NCBI RefSeq assembly: GCF_052425735.1
Contig: NC_135760.1
Location: 14,384,001-14,448,000 of the forward strand
DNA length: 64,000 bases
Origin: Oculina patagonica
Taxonomy: Eukaryota
Reading direction: 5' to 3'
Both the position numbers and the translations under genes were made by a program. Below, in pieces: positions 61,201 to 64,000 of the stretch. Position 1 is the first letter of the stretch, and the number at the start of each line of letters is the position of its first letter. The notes under the pieces are model-generated. The model searched no databases. It saw only the letters and a list, made by a program, of their open reading frames with translations, and had not been told where the DNA came from.

Positions 61201-63600
61201 CTCTTGAGAGTTTACAAATATGTGGATCCAAATTTTGTCTACATAACCCCTATTCTACCATTTTTAGCTTGTAAACAAGCAAAAACGTCGAAAAAACAGG
61301 AAGTAACCCTTTCCCATACCGGGAGTCGAACCCGGGCCGCCTGGGTGAAAACCAGGAATCCTAACCGCTAGACCATATGGGATTTGGGTATCAAGATTAA
61401 CCTCACAAAACATTACTTATCAAAATTTCCATAGAATGCGTTTTGTGATTGTCATTTGGAATCCCTGTTGCACTGAACTTGTTTTTCCAAATCACCAGTT
61501 GTCTTGAACATAGTAGTTGTCTATAAAGTATTGGTTACTTAACATGTTTCAACCATTAAAAATTAAACTGTTAAAAAAAAGTCAAAGGAAGTTGTCGATT
61601 CCCATGCTGGGAGTCAAAACCCATATGGGAAATAGATACATATGTATGGCTTTTCTAACATTAGTTTATTTCCTCGTGGATCGCTACCTGGGGAACGTCT
61701 TTTTATCACATTTCCGCTGAATTCTTTGTTTCTTCCGTAGTGGGAGTTTGTTTGTTTATTTCTCAGCGTATTCCATCCAAATCTAGCAAGGAGTTATGTA
61801 CGCAACGAAATCTTCTGATGTAACTCACTGTTCTTGTTCTTAATTTTCGATCTACATAACTAAACGAAACTGACATTTGACTGAAACTATCAAAATTTAA
61901 TACATTTTGTATTGAAACTTTATTAGACATCTTCAATTCAACGTAAAAGAAAATGTTTTAGTAACACCGTAGAATATAATATAAATAGCAAATGATTTAC
62001 CATCGAGTTCCCATATGGTCTAGCGGTTAGGATTCCTGGTTTTCACCCAGGCGGCCCGGGTTCGACTCCCGGTATGGGAAACGCTATTTTTTTTTTTTAT
62101 CAATGGTAATTTTAATAGTGCGAACGCAAGGTTTACCAAAACGCCGCGAAGTTCTAGTCTACCTCATATTGTAGTTTGTTTGTTTTTTCTGGAAAATATA
62201 CAATCATTGGAAAGAAAAATAAAACAGCTCGTACGCTACACGGGGACTTCTGGTGTAAAAGGAAATCTCTAACTAATGTGGAGTCGGTGAAATGGTGGAA
62301 AGAATGACTTGGAAACCTGAAAGTTGTGTTTAAGATGAAAATCTGAAATAAACTGTAAATACTGCAGGTGGTGTATTTATTTGTTGGCCAGTAATAAATG
62401 AGCTGAAAACTGACTGAGATAAAATATCTTGCTTCTATCCAGAACTCCACCCTTGAAGACCATACTCTGGAACTCAAGATGTCGCACAGGAAAGCCAGGT
62501 CAGTGAAGATTTTGCGGTTGTTGAACTTTTTCGTTGTTTTTGTTTTATTTTTGCGTTCATTTTTCAATAATGAAACGTTCTCGTCGAAGGATTCTCCAAG
62601 GAAATAATGTGAGGACGTTGCTTTTGCTTTTGTTCTAGATTATTCTGCACTTGTTCTAGATTATTTTATGTAGGATGCGTTTTATTACAAGTCAGAGTGT
62701 TCTGTTTCGTCAAATTGTCATAGCCTTATCTATATCGCCGCGCTGGTTTCATGTGTGCTCTTTGGTCACCGTTACAACGCGTCATTCTGACATAAATGAT
62801 TGTTGAACTTATAAACTCCACTAATAGTAGAGAGAGCTGCATGCTTTAGTGTTCAAAAGCAAAAAAGGCTCAAGAAATGCGCGACAAACAAATCAGTCAA
62901 CCAAGCTGTGATGTAGTAATGTTGCTCATTCTCTTTAATATTTTTTTCTTTTTTTTCAGCGACAAGGTGTCACAACGCAAATCAGCTTCTACAACGAAAC
63001 AAAACAGTTCTAAAATCCTGGTGCGAAATGTGCCATTTGAAGCGTCAAAGAAAGAAATCAAAGAACTTTTTGGGTAAGCAGTATTGGCCTTATTAAAAGT
63101 AATAACGGCGTTGCATAGACGTGCGTTTGCTTTAGCTTGCGTAGCTGGCGGTATTATTGGGTTGGCGGTATTGTTGGTTTTAAAGCGCGCCACTCGCTTG
63201 CTTGCGCACGCATTTAAACCCAACAATACCGCCAGCTACGCAGGCATATGGAATCGTTGACTTTTTCGTGCTTGATGTGTGCTCTAAACCTATATTTTGC
63301 ACAAAAAATACTCACAAAGGCAAAACTTGTTCGAGGTTGCTAGAACCGCAAAAAGTTGCCCCAAACGCCAAAAGTTGCTCAAAAGTTGCCGAGCTCAATC
63401 GGGACAGGCTTAGTCTGGAGCCGTGGTGCCCTAAACCCCTTTGGGACCCTGCTATGTCATACTTAGCGTTGGTTTCACCGTGTTCTCTTTACAGCACATT
63501 CGGGGAAATAAAGACGCTGAGGCTTCCTCAGAAACTGTCGGGGACTGGGTCTCACAGAGGATTTGCATTTGTTGATTTCCTCACCAAACAAGACGCAAAG
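49204..63600 (+). CDS. RBM19: RNA-binding protein 19 (multi-RRM ribosome biogenesis factor, Mrd1 orthologue); 13 exons in window (49204-49821, 51004-51076, 51681-52393, 52962-53226, 53940-54205, 54888-55088, 55446-55559, 56382-56513, 57058-57124, 57705-57784, 62443-62498, 62960-63073, 63495-63600); 3' end lies beyond the window
   Basis: [10 protein letters not shown]...[13 protein letters not shown]..., [66 protein letters not shown]. Confidence 0.95.
49881..50170 (-). mobile_element. tRNA-derived SINE copy
   Basis: Reverse complement of the 33444-33719 family, with a (ctttac)n-type tail. Confidence 0.8.
50218..50792. mobile_element. MITE with atcaat/attgat motif arrays
   Basis: cccagggtattcaattgatgaaa ... 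tttcatcgattggatacccc inverted ends. Confidence 0.55.
51195..51504. mobile_element. MITE with aatcgaac/gttcgatt motif arrays
   Basis: cctggcgtatccaatcgaac ... gttcaattgaatacgccggg. Confidence 0.6.
53504..53790 (+). mobile_element. tRNA-derived SINE copy
   Basis: Same core (gttgtgttcttgggcaagatactttactctca...aatgggtaccggc) as the other two copies. Confidence 0.8.
56080..56270 (-). mobile_element. Degenerate 3' fragment of an RTE-type non-LTR retrotransposon ORF
   Basis: Minus-strand translation gives [13 protein letters not shown]... and [22 protein letters not shown], typical of the RTE/RTEX RT C-terminus; interrupted by a stop. Confidence 0.65.
57871..57942 (-). tRNA. tRNA-Glu(TTC) variant with T-loop/B-box GTTTGA instead of GTTCGA (possible pseudogene)
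   Basis: TCCCACATGGTCTAGCGGTTAGGATTCCTGGTTTTCACCCAGGCGGCCCGGGTTTGACTCCCGGTGTGGGAA. Confidence 0.85.
58834..58905 (-). tRNA. tRNA-Glu(TTC)
   Basis: Canonical 72-nt TCCCATATGG...GGTATGGGAA, oligo-T terminator downstream. Confidence 0.96.
59670..59741 (+). tRNA. tRNA-Glu(TTC)
   Basis: Canonical sequence followed by a T-run terminator. Confidence 0.96.
61311..61382 (-). tRNA. tRNA-Glu(TTC)
   Basis: Identical to 58834-58905. Confidence 0.96.
61599..61630 (-). pseudogene. Internally deleted tRNA-Glu remnant
   Basis: ttcccatgctgggagtcaaaac joined directly to ccatatggga: both ends kept, middle missing. Confidence 0.55.
62009..62080 (+). tRNA. tRNA-Glu(TTC)
   Basis: Identical to 59670-59741, followed by a long T-run. 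Confidence 0.96.
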
Positions 63601-64000
63601 GTAAGTAGAATCTCTTGTGTTATTAATCAATAAATCCGTACAATTTTTTCTGTTAGACCATGAAATACGTTTCTATGGTGTTGGGACTAGTTTCCCATGA
63701 TTAGTGGCGGATCCAAAAAATAAGTTACTTCATGCCCACAAGATGCCATATCCGTGAGAGTGGCGCTTATTTTGAGACGACCAACATAACGGCTGCGATG
63801 GAGACCAGGATCTACACCGCCTTTCGACTCATCAGTCGAGCAAGTTCAGTTGAAACACAATTTCATCCTGCTTGAGTAGAATGTTTAGTGACTATTTCTT
63901 GGCTTTCGAGAATCCAAAAGTGATCGCAGCAAGAATCGGGCTCCAGTCTCCGGGGGGGGGGCTCCCATATGAAACGGACGGGGATGCTCGTCGGAAATTT

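Larger units (their letters stand above)
58790..62300. repeat. Local duplication of a divergent tRNA-Glu pair cassette (~58790-60040 and ~61300-62300)
   Basis: Flanks shared between the copies: acattacttatcaaaatttccatagaatg, tacgcaacgaaatcttctgatgtaactcac, ttaccatcgagt, ggtaattttaatagtgc. Confidence 0.85.

Overview
Eukaryotic, intron-rich, AT-rich animal genomic DNA, most consistent with an anthozoan cnidarian such as a stony coral (inferred from a spliced bacterial-type isocitrate lyase and the SINE/MITE types; not proven). I reconstructed eight spliced protein-coding genes by hand: isocitrate lyase with C-terminal AKL (+), YdjC-family deacetylase (-), PIGS (+, 17 exons), AIFM3-like Rieske/FAD oxidoreductase (-, 20 exons), COX6A (-), an RWD-domain + Ygr210/archaeal-type Obg GTPase fusion (+), a stand-alone PNKP-type DNA 3'-phosphatase (-) and RBM19 (+, runs off the window). 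Six of them form three very compact head-to-head pairs. The window also holds a young Gypsy (Mag-like) LTR retrotransposon with identical 139-bp LTRs whose target site lies 2 bp from a tRNA-derived SINE, five tRNA-Glu(TTC) genes in one RBM19 intron, a ~610-bp palindrome inside a piggyBac-type element, and many nested MITEs. The strongest novelty candidate is the RWDD1-like RWD + Ygr210-type GTPase fusion, a possible one-protein analogue of the Gir2/DFRP2-Rbg2/DRG2 complex that binds Gcn1 on stalled ribosomes. Exon coordinates were read by eye and may be off by a few bases.
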